Shown here piece by piece: positions 9,799 through 18,677 of a stretch of 61,627 nucleotides of DNA. How positions within the stretch are numbered: position 1 is the stretch's first letter; each line of letters begins with the position of its first letter. The translations under genes were made by a program, and so were the position numbers. The stretch spans positions 1-61,627 of IMG/VR virus record IMGVR_UViG_3300037963_004084, one strand, 5' to 3'. This DNA is from a virus (taxonomy: Duplodnaviria > Caudoviricetes). Under the pieces are notes generated by a model. It was not told where the DNA came from and made no database searches. It saw nothing but the letters and a program-made list of their open reading frames with translations.

Positions 9799-10995
9799 TT
9801 ACTGGAATAAAGGTTTTGCTCCTCCACGCCCCTCGTCTATCTTTTCTTCGTCGGGATTGAGATCTGGATCTATGTCAACCGCTTCCCCTAAACGAGAAGC
9901 TCGTTCACTTAGACTTGTTTCGAGGTCAAGCTGCTGCTCAAATATTTTTGCAATAAGGGCTGCACCAAAATCATCGAGACTTTGTTTCGTTACATCGAAA
10001 TCTTCGCCTTCTGGATTTTGTAACTGTTTGATGATTTTTTTGGTGTTAAATTTAAAATTGCCGTCATCGTCCGTAAACAGTTTGTTTTTGTCGACAGCAG
10101 GAATCAAGTCGCTTAGCTCGTCTGATGCTGGTCTATATAATTTTTTGTAGCGTGTTAATAAACCAACCAAATAAGTTGGGGACAAACCTTCAACAACATC
10201 CTCGTCCGCATAAGGAGGGCCATCCCCCGCGCGTTTCTTTTTGAAACCCTTAGGATTTCCAGCATCTTCTAATAGTTTAGCAACTTGTGATCGTATAGAT
10301 GAGATACTCTTTATTTCAGATTTAACTCTTTTCTCCGCTAGATTAAGTGCGGAGGCCCTAGTCGAAACATCAGGGGGGAGATTGTCTGGAAAGACGAGCA
10401 GCTCTTGAAGGTCTTTAGAAAGATCATCTACAAAGTTTCCGTCTTCATCTTGTTCGATGATACTTAAAAAATTATCATACTTGATGTTCGTGGCGTCCTG
10501 TTTCTCTTGTTCCGCGATTAGGTCGTCTAATATTTTTTGCTGGTTAGTTATAACCTGATCCCGCGAATCACGGGCCTGAGCCCCCATTATTTCGTAACCA
10601 ACAAGAAACTTAGGATCATTAGCCAACCTTCGTGTCTGGGCCATGTATGCTTTCGCAGCAGCGGCCCCACCCTCATTAAACATAGCGCGCAGCTCATCCT
10701 CCCTGCGACGCAGCGAAGTCACATGCCTCGACACATTTTGGGAGGCGGCAGCAGCAGCTTGCCCTTGCTGAGTGTTTTGACGTGCGGTGGCTTCGGCTTC
10801 TCTAAGTTTTACTTGCGTGGTAAGAAGATTGGTCCTGCGCTGGGACATCGCGTCATACGTAGCCGCAATCTTGTTCAATCGGTCGGCTCGTTCAAGCGAA
10901 CGATCCGCTTCACGCTGCCTCCCCTTCGGAGAGAAGTCGGTGCGAAACTTAAACGTATCTCTAAGAGCCGCTGTTCCTAAATCTTCTTCAGCCAT
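9799..10995 (-). CDS. Probable internal virion (ejection) protein
   Basis: 398 aa, helical and Ala/Gln/charged-rich; lies directly upstream of the giant ORF, like the T7 gp14-16 order. Function inferred from context. Confidence 0.55.
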   Translation of the reverse strand: MAEEDLGTAALRDTFKFRTDFSPKGRQREADRSLERADRLNKIAATYDAMSQRRTNLLTTQVKLREAEATARQNTQQGQAAAAASQNVSRHVTSLRRREDELRAMFNEGGAAAAKAYMAQTRRLANDPKFLVGYEIMGAQARDSRDQVITNQQKILDDLIAEQEKQDATNIKYDNFLSIIEQDEDGNFVDDLSKDLQELLVFPDNLPPDVSTRASALNLAEKRVKSEIKSISSIRSQVAKLLEDAGNPKGFKKKRAGDGPPYADEDVVEGLSPTYLVGLLTRYKKLYRPASDELSDLIPAVDKNKLFTDDDGNFKFNTKKIIKQLQNPEGEDFDVTKQSLDDFGAALIAKIFEQQLDLETSLSERASRLGEAVDIDPDLNPDEEKIDEGRGGAKPLFQ

Positions 10996-10996
10996 T

Positions 10997-11671
10997 TTAA
11001 CGATCCTTGTTCTTACCCTGACCTCTTCTATTCTTCTTCTCTTCTTTTAATTTCCTCAACTCTTTCTTCAACTGCCTAGCAGTTCGTTTCGCACCTCTCT
11101 CATTTTTTCCTGCTGCGTCCTCCGCTCTCTTGGCGTCCTGCTGCTTTTGTATCCCTCTCGCACGATCTACTTGGGCATCATCTTGTGTTCGTGTGCCCCG
11201 ATCCGCCCCCGCAGCGGGGTCGCGGCGAAGAGCAGACGCCCCTGATACATCCCCCGCTCGCTCCGCTTCTCGCACTCTCCGTCGGGCCTGTGCTCCGGGT
11301 GTATCTAGAGATCTCCTATACGGATTGCCGGACTCATCTCTGAGACCAGTAATAACCAGACTTGTTCTCATGGGTTCTCTTCCAGAAACAGCGTCGGGTT
11401 CCCTCGCTTTTTGCATGGCTTCCGCTCTCTGATTACGGCGTGCCCTGTCTTGTCGTCTCAGTCTCTCTACGGGAGTCAGCCCCGGCTCCAGAGGAGTACC
11501 TAGTTTACTGAGGAACTTATTTAGATTTTCATCGGTAATCCCAAGACTGGTTGCGCTATCCTGTAGTTCTTGCGGCAAACCACCTTTCATTTTGAGGGGG
11601 TCCAAAGAACCCGCGCGGTACATATCTTTTAGCTCTTGCGCTAATCTTTTTCGAGGGTCTGACTCGGCCAT
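10997..11671 (-). CDS. Probable internal virion protein
   Basis: 224 aa, highly charged with a basic C-terminus; first of three co-oriented genes ending in the giant ORF. Confidence 0.5.
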   Translation of the reverse strand: MAESDPRKRLAQELKDMYRAGSLDPLKMKGGLPQELQDSATSLGITDENLNKFLSKLGTPLEPGLTPVERLRRQDRARRNQRAEAMQKAREPDAVSGREPMRTSLVITGLRDESGNPYRRSLDTPGAQARRRVREAERAGDVSGASALRRDPAAGADRGTRTQDDAQVDRARGIQKQQDAKRAEDAAGKNERGAKRTARQLKKELRKLKEEKKNRRGQGKNKDR

Positions 11672-11676
11672 GCTCC

Positions 11677-11704
11677 ATACTATATTTTAGGGCTTATAAG
11701 TCAA
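11677..11704 (-). promoter_or_regulatory. Sigma70-like promoter, leaderless geometry
   Basis: TTGACT-N16-TAGTAT, with the ATG of 11671 5 nt downstream of the -10. Confidence 0.5.
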
Positions 11705-13485
11705 TCCAGCAGTACAGCGTCGGGATTGTTCAACGCACCGCTTAGCTGTTTGATGGTAACAGGTGGGCGAACTGGCCCTGAACCCGACTGAGGAGGGTCA
11801 ACTGCCACAAGCCCCAACCGCTGGCGGGCGCAGTCCAAAGCTAAAAATGCTGCGTCAGCTAAGTCAGGGCTCTTTCCAAAACGCCCCTTAAATTCAGGCT
11901 TGGGCTCGATTTTTACTTTGAGCGACCCGCTCTTTACCAGCTCGTAGTTCCGCGCTGTTATTTCCTGCGCCAGATCTGCCTGCACACCAAACATCTGCTT
12001 TGTCCGCATCAATTCTTTTCCCACGAACCACATCTCGGACACCCGATTTGTGTACATTTCAGCGCCTGTCAGCTTACTGCTAAGGCTCACCCGCTTGTCG
12101 CTGGGCTTGCCTCCGAAGCTGACCCGAAGAAAAGTGCCCGCCCACTCCCCCGCCAGAACATCACAGAACGGAGCCCCCGCTCCGGTGGCGTCAACAGCTA
12201 CGTTCTCTGCGGATATGTTTCGCTTCTGGCACTCCTCCTTAATTTGCCTGACAATCTGGTAAGTCCGAGGCACCGCTTTATTTGTAGCGTCATCGTTAAG
12301 ATGTATAGCTTCCCCGAACTCTATTACGTATTGACCGGATTTATCATAGCCAACTGAAGCGGTATACAAAATCGTGCGGTCGCCCCCATTTGTGAATGCG
12401 GGGTCGCACCCTGCAATATTAGTGGGGGTGCCCGCCCATTCCACTTTGTTCATAGCCCCCGAAGTAGTCAGCTCTGATTCGCTGTAGATGCCGGTAGTCT
12501 CATCCGAGTCAAAGAATACGGCACGGACCATTCGCATATAACCCCGAGACTCGACCCCCAGTAAGGCTTTGTCTTCATCAAGTTTTTCCTGTGTGGGTAG
12601 CCACGGGTATACTGTTTCCCCCGCCACAATGTTGGGAGACCTCTCCCCATCTAAGCGTAAATAATGTCCTCCCCACTTCGTCTCCCAGTTATCGTAAGTA
12701 TTTGTATCTACGGAGTCCCACCCGTCTTTGGGCTGAGACCAGATACCAAAAGCATCGAAGCGGCTATTCGGGTTCGACATGCCGATGAGTTGGAACTCAG
12801 GGTTCTTCGACAAGTTCGTTAAACCCGCCTGAAGAATTGCCTCTGAGAGTTCAGATAGCTCATCGCCGATTAAGATCACCCGCTTCTGTTTGATACCAAT
12901 AAATTTACCAACAGCTTCTCTTGTCTTTGATTTCTCTGCTGATATGAGGCTGAGACCCGCTCGTTCGATAAGAGTCTGGTTCTCATCTACGTAAGCTGCG
13001 TTACCTATTGAGTCTCTTATTTTTATCGGAGCCCCTTCAATGACTGTCAGCAAAGACATAACAGAACCCCATATACGTTTCCTCGCTTCCCTTAATGTAG
13101 TAGAGGTCATCAACACCAGAGTATCTTTGGGCTGTGATAACCAATTAACTATTCCCCAAGCGGCCATAGTGTGCGACTTCCCCGAAGAAGCTGACCCACC
13201 AATAGCTAGGTATTTGTGTTCTATGGCAGATCTAATCATCTCCTCTGCCCAAGGATGTTTTACCATCAGCTTTTCCGGCAGATCTTCGTGATTCCACAGC
13301 TCATCACACACCCTCCAAAAGTAATATTCTTTTGCCTTGGCATGTGTGTGGTGTGCGAATCCGTAGAGTAAAGCAGTAATTAAACTTGTAGGGGGTATGA
13401 GCAACCCACCCACATCCATGCGTTTAGTTTTTGGGTCGATGCTAGGTTCTAGTATCTGCTTGTAGGTCTTCTTCTTTGAAGCCAT
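11701..13485 (-). CDS. terL: Terminase large subunit
   Basis: Walker A GSASSGKS, Walker B ILIGDE, coupling motif GMSNP, nuclease motifs GCDPAFTNGGD and SPDLADA. Confidence 0.92.
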   Translation of the reverse strand: MASKKKTYKQILEPSIDPKTKRMDVGGLLIPPTSLITALLYGFAHHTHAKAKEYYFWRVCDELWNHEDLPEKLMVKHPWAEEMIRSAIEHKYLAIGGSASSGKSHTMAAWGIVNWLSQPKDTLVLMTSTTLREARKRIWGSVMSLLTVIEGAPIKIRDSIGNAAYVDENQTLIERAGLSLISAEKSKTREAVGKFIGIKQKRVILIGDELSELSEAILQAGLTNLSKNPEFQLIGMSNPNSRFDAFGIWSQPKDGWDSVDTNTYDNWETKWGGHYLRLDGERSPNIVAGETVYPWLPTQEKLDEDKALLGVESRGYMRMVRAVFFDSDETTGIYSESELTTSGAMNKVEWAGTPTNIAGCDPAFTNGGDRTILYTASVGYDKSGQYVIEFGEAIHLNDDATNKAVPRTYQIVRQIKEECQKRNISAENVAVDATGAGAPFCDVLAGEWAGTFLRVSFGGKPSDKRVSLSSKLTGAEMYTNRVSEMWFVGKELMRTKQMFGVQADLAQEITARNYELVKSGSLKVKIEPKPEFKGRFGKSPDLADAAFLALDCARQRLGLVAVDPPQSGSGPVRPPVTIKQLSGALNNPDAVLLD

Positions 13486-13497
13486 AATTAAACCACG

Positions 13498-13526
13498 AAA
13501 GTAATTTCAGTTCTTGTGAGTGACAA
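13498..13526 (-). promoter_or_regulatory. Sigma70-like promoter for terL
   Basis: TTGTCA-N17-TACTTT, 12 nt upstream of the terL ATG. Confidence 0.5.
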
Positions 13527-14109
13527 TCCCAAAGACGAGCTAAAGAAACGAGCTCTAGAAATGCACGAAAAGAATTACAAGATGAACGTGATCGCACGGG
13601 AACTTGGAGTTCACTCAGGAACTGTGCGACGATGGTTCAAGGCTATGGGGCTCCCCCCGAGAAAAGGGGGCAATGTTCCACACGTACCCGTAGTTAGTGA
13701 TGACCCTCCTGCTGATCCATTGGGTGCTGCTATTGACGGAGAGCTGGAAAACATGACGGACGAAGCTATCCTCTGCGCTCAGCACGATGCGAGAAATGAA
13801 GAGGATCAGTCTATGATGGAGATTGCGGAGAGACAATCTACTCCTGCGGATAAGTACCAGCACTACATTGCTGCCGCAGGAATAAAGCTCCTACGAGACA
13901 GTGTGAAAAACCTTCGCGGCCCTAAAACCGTCAGGGAGCTGTCGGAACTAGACCAGCTAATACGTAGAAACTTAGGTCTGAACGCCAAAGGTGGGGGGAG
14001 CAGCTCTATGCAGATAGACATCTCTATTCTCAATAACACCAAAGCGGACAGAGGGGGAGGCGCTATCGCCCCCAAAAAGGTCATAGATATAGACCCAGAC
14101 AATGATTAA
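13516..14109 (+). CDS. N-terminal HTH protein, possible terminase small subunit or regulator
   Basis: KRALEMHEKNYKMNVIARELGVHSGTVRRWF is an HTH followed by a helical body; divergent from terL. Confidence 0.6.
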   Translation: MSDNPKDELKKRALEMHEKNYKMNVIARELGVHSGTVRRWFKAMGLPPRKGGNVPHVPVVSDDPPADPLGAAIDGELENMTDEAILCAQHDARNEEDQSMMEIAERQSTPADKYQHYIAAAGIKLLRDSVKNLRGPKTVRELSELDQLIRRNLGLNAKGGGSSSMQIDISILNNTKADRGGGAIAPKKVIDIDPDND

Positions 14110-14434
14110 CAACTTCGATGACTTCGGCTCTGGGCGTATGGATGATCTGTCTTTTGACAGGGCATCTCACATTAACTGTCCTTCGGACTCCGTTGAGGAA
14201 ACTAAACCCTTCATATTGTTAGCTGAGTTAGAGGACGCACTACTAGGTGTAATCGAAGGCGCAGACACGCACCCTCGGGCGTGTTACAGCATCAATATGG
14301 TAAAACTTATTCTTCAAGAAAAGCACGACTTAAGTGAAGCCCTCGCGCAAGAAGCTATGGATACTCTTGTGAAGACATACCTAGGCCCGTCTACACCATG
14401 CTTTCTAGACACAAGTATCCTTGCAGATGAGTGA
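14102..14434 (+). CDS. Conserved phage hypothetical protein
   Basis: 110 aa. The DALLGV...CYS...EA...YLGPSTPCFL pattern resembles a common aquatic-phage family. Overlaps its neighbours. Confidence 0.65.
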   Translation: MINNFDDFGSGRMDDLSFDRASHINCPSDSVEETKPFILLAELEDALLGVIEGADTHPRACYSINMVKLILQEKHDLSEALAQEAMDTLVKTYLGPSTPCFLDTSILADE

Positions 14435-14675
14435 GTTGTTTCCAAACAGAGTTGATGAGGCGAAGCCCGTCGCTATCATCAAAGTGGATCTCCCCGACAT
14501 CAACGACTTTAAATTCACGCGGGTAGAACTCGTTGGGGCTTTTTACAGGGTGATACCTAAAACAGGAAAAGAAGTGTATTTCCTGCGTAGTCTACAAAAG
14601 AATATGGATCTTTTCGTTCCCGAATCAGGTAATGGTCTGTTAGTCTCCTCTAAGATAATAGACCAACTTGTATGA
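14427..14675 (+). CDS. Hypothetical protein
   Basis: ORF tightly packed between its neighbours; ATG at 14427. Confidence 0.6.
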   Translation: MSELFPNRVDEAKPVAIIKVDLPDINDFKFTRVELVGAFYRVIPKTGKEVYFLRSLQKNMDLFVPESGNGLLVSSKIIDQLV

Positions 14676-15154
14676 TCGTAGGTGTAGATAACGGATTAGA
14701 CGGGGGACTCTGCGCGATATCTAAGCACGACGGTTCTATAATCGACAAGATCGCCATGCCCTGTCTGCAACGATCTAAGAAGCGGGAAGTAGATGTACGC
14801 AAAGTTCATGACTGGTTGATGGACCTGTGTACCCCCTTCACGCTGGCGATAGAAGAGCCTTTGGCCCACGCAAAAAGCTCGCAGGCCGTCCGCTCTATGG
14901 CGCTAAGCTTCGGTAAGCTTTTGGGTATGGCTGAGTCAAGGGGCTACGATGTGAATCGTATAAGTGTGCATAAATGGCAGAAGCAAATGCTGGGCAACAC
15001 TGCGAAAGGTTTTACTAAAGTTGCGGCTCTGCAAACGGTGGAGCGGCTGGCCCCCCAAGAGAACTGGCTAAAGAACAAGAGATGCCGCACCCCTCATGAC
15101 GGGATGATTGACGCTTATCTTATCGCCCGCTACCTCTTCGAGAAAATAAATTAA
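14672..15154 (+). CDS. RuvC-like Holliday junction resolvase
   Basis: MIVGVDNGLDGG, AIEEP, SFGKLLG, WQKQM, HDGMIDAYLIA match the phage RuvC pattern. Confidence 0.85.
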   Translation: MIVGVDNGLDGGLCAISKHDGSIIDKIAMPCLQRSKKREVDVRKVHDWLMDLCTPFTLAIEEPLAHAKSSQAVRSMALSFGKLLGMAESRGYDVNRISVHKWQKQMLGNTAKGFTKVAALQTVERLAPQENWLKNKRCRTPHDGMIDAYLIARYLFEKIN

Positions 15155-15197
15155 ATAATTTTCTGGTCTTGGTTTCCACCTGTGGTAAAGCACAAGT

Positions 15198-16493
15198 GTG
15201 AAATCACTCTACCCAATGCAACAAGTCGTTGCGGACTCCTTCATAGACTGCCTGTTCCGCAGGCAGAATACTCTGGATAGCTCGCACACAGGCTGCGGTA
15301 AAACTGTAGTAGCCTGTTACATCGCCAAGGTGATGAAATACCCTGTGGCAGTCATTTGCCCCAAAGCGGTAATAACAAGCTGGAAACGAGAGCTAGCGGA
15401 GTTCGGGATTGAGCCTGTCTTTGTTCTTAACTATGAAAAGATACGGACGGGGAACACGAAGTTCATGAGCCGTAAAGGTAAGAAGATCTTCAAGTGGAAA
15501 TTGCCTCGGAACACGATGGTTTTCATGGATGAAATCCATAAAGCCAAGGGACCATTTACTCTTAACGCACAACTACTTATATCCCTAGTTCTACAGAAAT
15601 TTAGAGTTCATGGGATGTCGGCCACCGCGAGCGAAAGCCCCGTAGAAATGCGGGCGTTGGGGTTCTGTCTGGGGCTGCACTCTTTGAACAAAGATGTGTA
15701 TCCTTTGAAAAACTGGTTTCGTTGGATGACAAAGAACGGATGCCGAAAAGATCAGTGGAATAACTGGAGGCTTATGAACCGATCCTGTCTCAGGGGTCTG
15801 CATGGGGAAATGTATGGGGATTACGCTCACCGACTCTCGGTAAAAGACTTCCCCGATTCGTTTAGAGATAACATGGTTTTTGTGGAGCCTGTTGATTTTA
15901 AGGACTCTAAGAAAATAATGGATGCTTACGACGGGCTGGGAATAACGCCCGACATCATCTGCGACTACATAGAGAACGGGACAGTAGCTGACAGTGAGCA
16001 CCTGATTGTCAACCTTGGAAGGGCTAGGCAACTGGCTGAGTCTCTTAAAGTCGTTGAGATGGTAGAGATAGCCAACGATCTCATCCACGAAGGAAAAAGT
16101 GTGGTCCTGTTTGTAAATTACAAAGCAACCGTAGACTCATTGTGTGGGCTACTTAAAGCAGGTCGAATAGAAGGAGGACAATCGGAAGAAGCGCGCCAAA
16201 AAGTTATCGACGACTTCCAAGCAGACAAGACACACTGTGTCGTAGCAAACATAGCCGCAGGGGGGACTGGTATTTCTCTACACGACACGCACGGCAACCG
16301 ACCCCGTGTCTCCTTGATAAGCCCCACATTCGATGCCAAAAGCTACATCCAAACATTGGGGCGCATACATAGAAACGGAGCCAAGAGTGACTCCATCCAA
16401 AAAATCTTAGTCGCTGCGAACACCATCGAAGAATCTGTTATTGCTTCGGTGCAACGCAAAGCAAAGAACATCCAAGAACTACACGGAGAATGA
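15198..16493 (+). CDS. Superfamily 2 (SNF2/DEAH-like) helicase
   Basis: HTGCGKT, DEIH, SAT, GGTGISL, QTLGRIHR. Confidence 0.9.
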   Translation: MKSLYPMQQVVADSFIDCLFRRQNTLDSSHTGCGKTVVACYIAKVMKYPVAVICPKAVITSWKRELAEFGIEPVFVLNYEKIRTGNTKFMSRKGKKIFKWKLPRNTMVFMDEIHKAKGPFTLNAQLLISLVLQKFRVHGMSATASESPVEMRALGFCLGLHSLNKDVYPLKNWFRWMTKNGCRKDQWNNWRLMNRSCLRGLHGEMYGDYAHRLSVKDFPDSFRDNMVFVEPVDFKDSKKIMDAYDGLGITPDIICDYIENGTVADSEHLIVNLGRARQLAESLKVVEMVEIANDLIHEGKSVVLFVNYKATVDSLCGLLKAGRIEGGQSEEARQKVIDDFQADKTHCVVANIAAGGTGISLHDTHGNRPRVSLISPTFDAKSYIQTLGRIHRNGAKSDSIQKILVAANTIEESVIASVQRKAKNIQELHGE

Positions 16494-17602
16494 ATACACC
16501 AGACCACGGCTCACGCGGACACGCGGAGTTCAGCCCATCCAGCCTTAAGTATGTGGCGGGGTGTGCGGGATACCACGGAAGAGACGGCACTAATGCCGCC
16601 GCCGAAATGGGAACCCGCATCCACGAAGCCTTGGAAGTCCACGATCCTTCTGCCCTCCACAATGAGCAAGAGCTACAGATCTACGATCAGATCGTGGAGA
16701 TGGAGGAGGCGTTCATGGGTAACTTCTCTGGGATACAAGAGGAGCACAATGAGATACAGGTAGACGTAGAATTGGATGGGACAGGCACATGGGGAACCTG
16801 TGACCGATTCCTGATTCTTGATTCCGGCACCAAGGCCGTGATGGCTGATTACAAAACAGGGATCAGTATCATTGACCCACCAGAAAAGAACTGGCAAGCC
16901 AAAGCCTACACAGTGGGGGCCTTCCAAAAATTCCCAGATATCGAAGAGATTGTCTTCGTGTTCTACGTCCCACAACACAACGCCAGCCTCCACCATACGT
17001 TTGAGCGTAGTGACGTAGATGGCATTGTCTCAGAGCTTAGTTCCGTAATCAAGAAAGCGGAGAAGATACGCCCCAAGTGGGATCAAGGGACTCCTGCGCT
17101 CGACGACCTTACGCCGAATGTGAACTGTAGGTTCTGTCGCCACGAAGATTCCTGCCCCGCTCTTGGTGGACTCGTCATCGAAGTAGCAAAGAAGATCAAC
17201 CCACAGCTACCCGACGTAGACATCGAAGAAACAGAAGACCCGGAGATTGTAGAGCAGTTGTGGGCTATTGCTAAGATCGTTTCTAACTGGGCTGACCGAT
17301 TTAAAAAGAAAGCCGTGGCCCTCGCCAAAGACGGTACCGAGTATCCTTCCCTCAAACTGAGGAGTATGGGGTCCTCTCGAAAGATAACAGACAACGAAAG
17401 TCTACTGGAAGTTGCGTCTGAGTTCGGGGTAAGTGCCGAAGAGGTGCTCCAACACGCAAATATTCCGCTGGCGAAACTCGCTAAGGCTATAGGAGATACA
17501 GCCGAAAAAGGAGGTAAGAGAAAATTATCTGAAAATTTCGTTGACGCCTGCCAAGATGCGGGCATTATCGAGACATCAGACACACGATACACTTTATCGT
17601 GA
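16490..17602 (+). CDS. Cas4-like PD-(D/E)xK nuclease (DUF2800-like)
   Basis: FSPSS..C, GTRIHEALE, GTCD, ADYKTG, NWQAKAY and the CRFC..C cysteine cluster. Confidence 0.85.
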   Translation: MNTPDHGSRGHAEFSPSSLKYVAGCAGYHGRDGTNAAAEMGTRIHEALEVHDPSALHNEQELQIYDQIVEMEEAFMGNFSGIQEEHNEIQVDVELDGTGTWGTCDRFLILDSGTKAVMADYKTGISIIDPPEKNWQAKAYTVGAFQKFPDIEEIVFVFYVPQHNASLHHTFERSDVDGIVSELSSVIKKAEKIRPKWDQGTPALDDLTPNVNCRFCRHEDSCPALGGLVIEVAKKINPQLPDVDIEETEDPEIVEQLWAIAKIVSNWADRFKKKAVALAKDGTEYPSLKLRSMGSSRKITDNESLLEVASEFGVSAEEVLQHANIPLAKLAKAIGDTAEKGGKRKLSENFVDACQDAGIIETSDTRYTLS

Positions 17603-18282
17603 GTCGTAACCGGAAACAAGAAACACGAAACATGAGTGATGACACCACGGCTCTCGCAGCCGCACCTAACGCAGGGATAATCCCTAACGAAGCTGGCTTC
17701 ATTATTGACGCCTCGGATATTGATATCCCCCGTTTGAACATCGTCCAAAAGACGAGTGATATTGACGCCCCCTTTGGGAGTGTCGTTCTAGATAAGAAGC
17801 ACATCGTTGCTGAGCCAGAGGTCTCGACAGAAGTATCTGTTCTGTCGGCTACCAAAGGATGGCGAGAGGATGTGCCTTTCGACGACGATGTGATGCCGCA
17901 GATCGCCTACACAGAGGCTGATCGGGCGCGCATCGCAGAATCTTCGGAATACAATCTGTTGGAGTTCGCAGAGATTACTCTGCTTTTCCAACAGCCCGAG
18001 GACAATAATAATGACAGTGCCTACCCGTTCACCATCGGGGATCACAGTTATGCCCTCGGCAAAATCAACGTCGCAAAGGATGCCTACAGGCAGACCTTCA
18101 AGCGTCTCGCAACTTACGCAGCATTTAACCGAGACAAGAATCTCGGGGAGATCCTGTGGAACTTCGAGTCGTGCCCCATCACAAGGGGTAAATATAGTTG
18201 GTTTGCTCCTATGCTTACCGTATCTCAAAACGCGCCCGCCGAGGCCGTTTCAAAGTGGATATCAGACTTCAACGGTAAGTAA
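17599..18282 (+). CDS. Probable single-stranded DNA-binding protein (ATG at 17632 is a plausible start)
   Basis: DIDIPRLNIVQKTS N-terminus and KYSWF near the end; lies between the nuclease and the polymerase. Confidence 0.55.
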   Translation: MSRNRKQETRNMSDDTTALAAAPNAGIIPNEAGFIIDASDIDIPRLNIVQKTSDIDAPFGSVVLDKKHIVAEPEVSTEVSVLSATKGWREDVPFDDDVMPQIAYTEADRARIAESSEYNLLEFAEITLLFQQPEDNNNDSAYPFTIGDHSYALGKINVAKDAYRQTFKRLATYAAFNRDKNLGEILWNFESCPITRGKYSWFAPMLTVSQNAPAEAVSKWISDFNGK

Positions 18283-18283
18283 G

Positions 18284-18532
18284 ATGCCCGACGCACAAAT
18301 AACTACCGAAATCCTCACTAACGAGGCAAGAATGCTCCAGCAAATGATTATTAAGCTGGATGAGCAACTCGAAGAAATTCAAATGAGTAGGCTCAAGTTA
18401 GTGACGGTCCAAGGTTGTCTTCTAGAAAAGCTCGGCTTAAATGCTGAGCAGCTAGAGCTACCATTCAAAGAATGCGTAGAGGCAGCGAAGGGTCCACTGC
18501 CCGATCAAATCGCGCAGGAGGGGGCTAACTAA
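18284..18532 (+). CDS. Small coiled-coil protein
   Basis: ATG immediately after the upstream stop; 82 aa with a heptad pattern. Confidence 0.6.
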   Translation: MPDAQITTEILTNEARMLQQMIIKLDEQLEEIQMSRLKLVTVQGCLLEKLGLNAEQLELPFKECVEAAKGPLPDQIAQEGAN

Positions 18533-18628
18533 AAATCTGGGTGGATAGGAATTGCGGCGGGGTTGTAAGCTCTGGTTAGTGATTCATCTCCTGTTCAGTA
18601 ATCGCATAAAACTGAACCCGCCCATACT

Positions 18629-18672
18629 GGCCCCCACTGGTTTTCGTTCAGTTCCAGTGGGGGCCTTTCTTT
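18629..18672 (+). terminator. Intrinsic terminator-like hairpin upstream of polA
   Basis: GGCCCCCACTGG-N13-CCAGTGGGGGCC followed by TTTCTTT. Confidence 0.75.
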
Positions 18673-18677
18673 GAATT

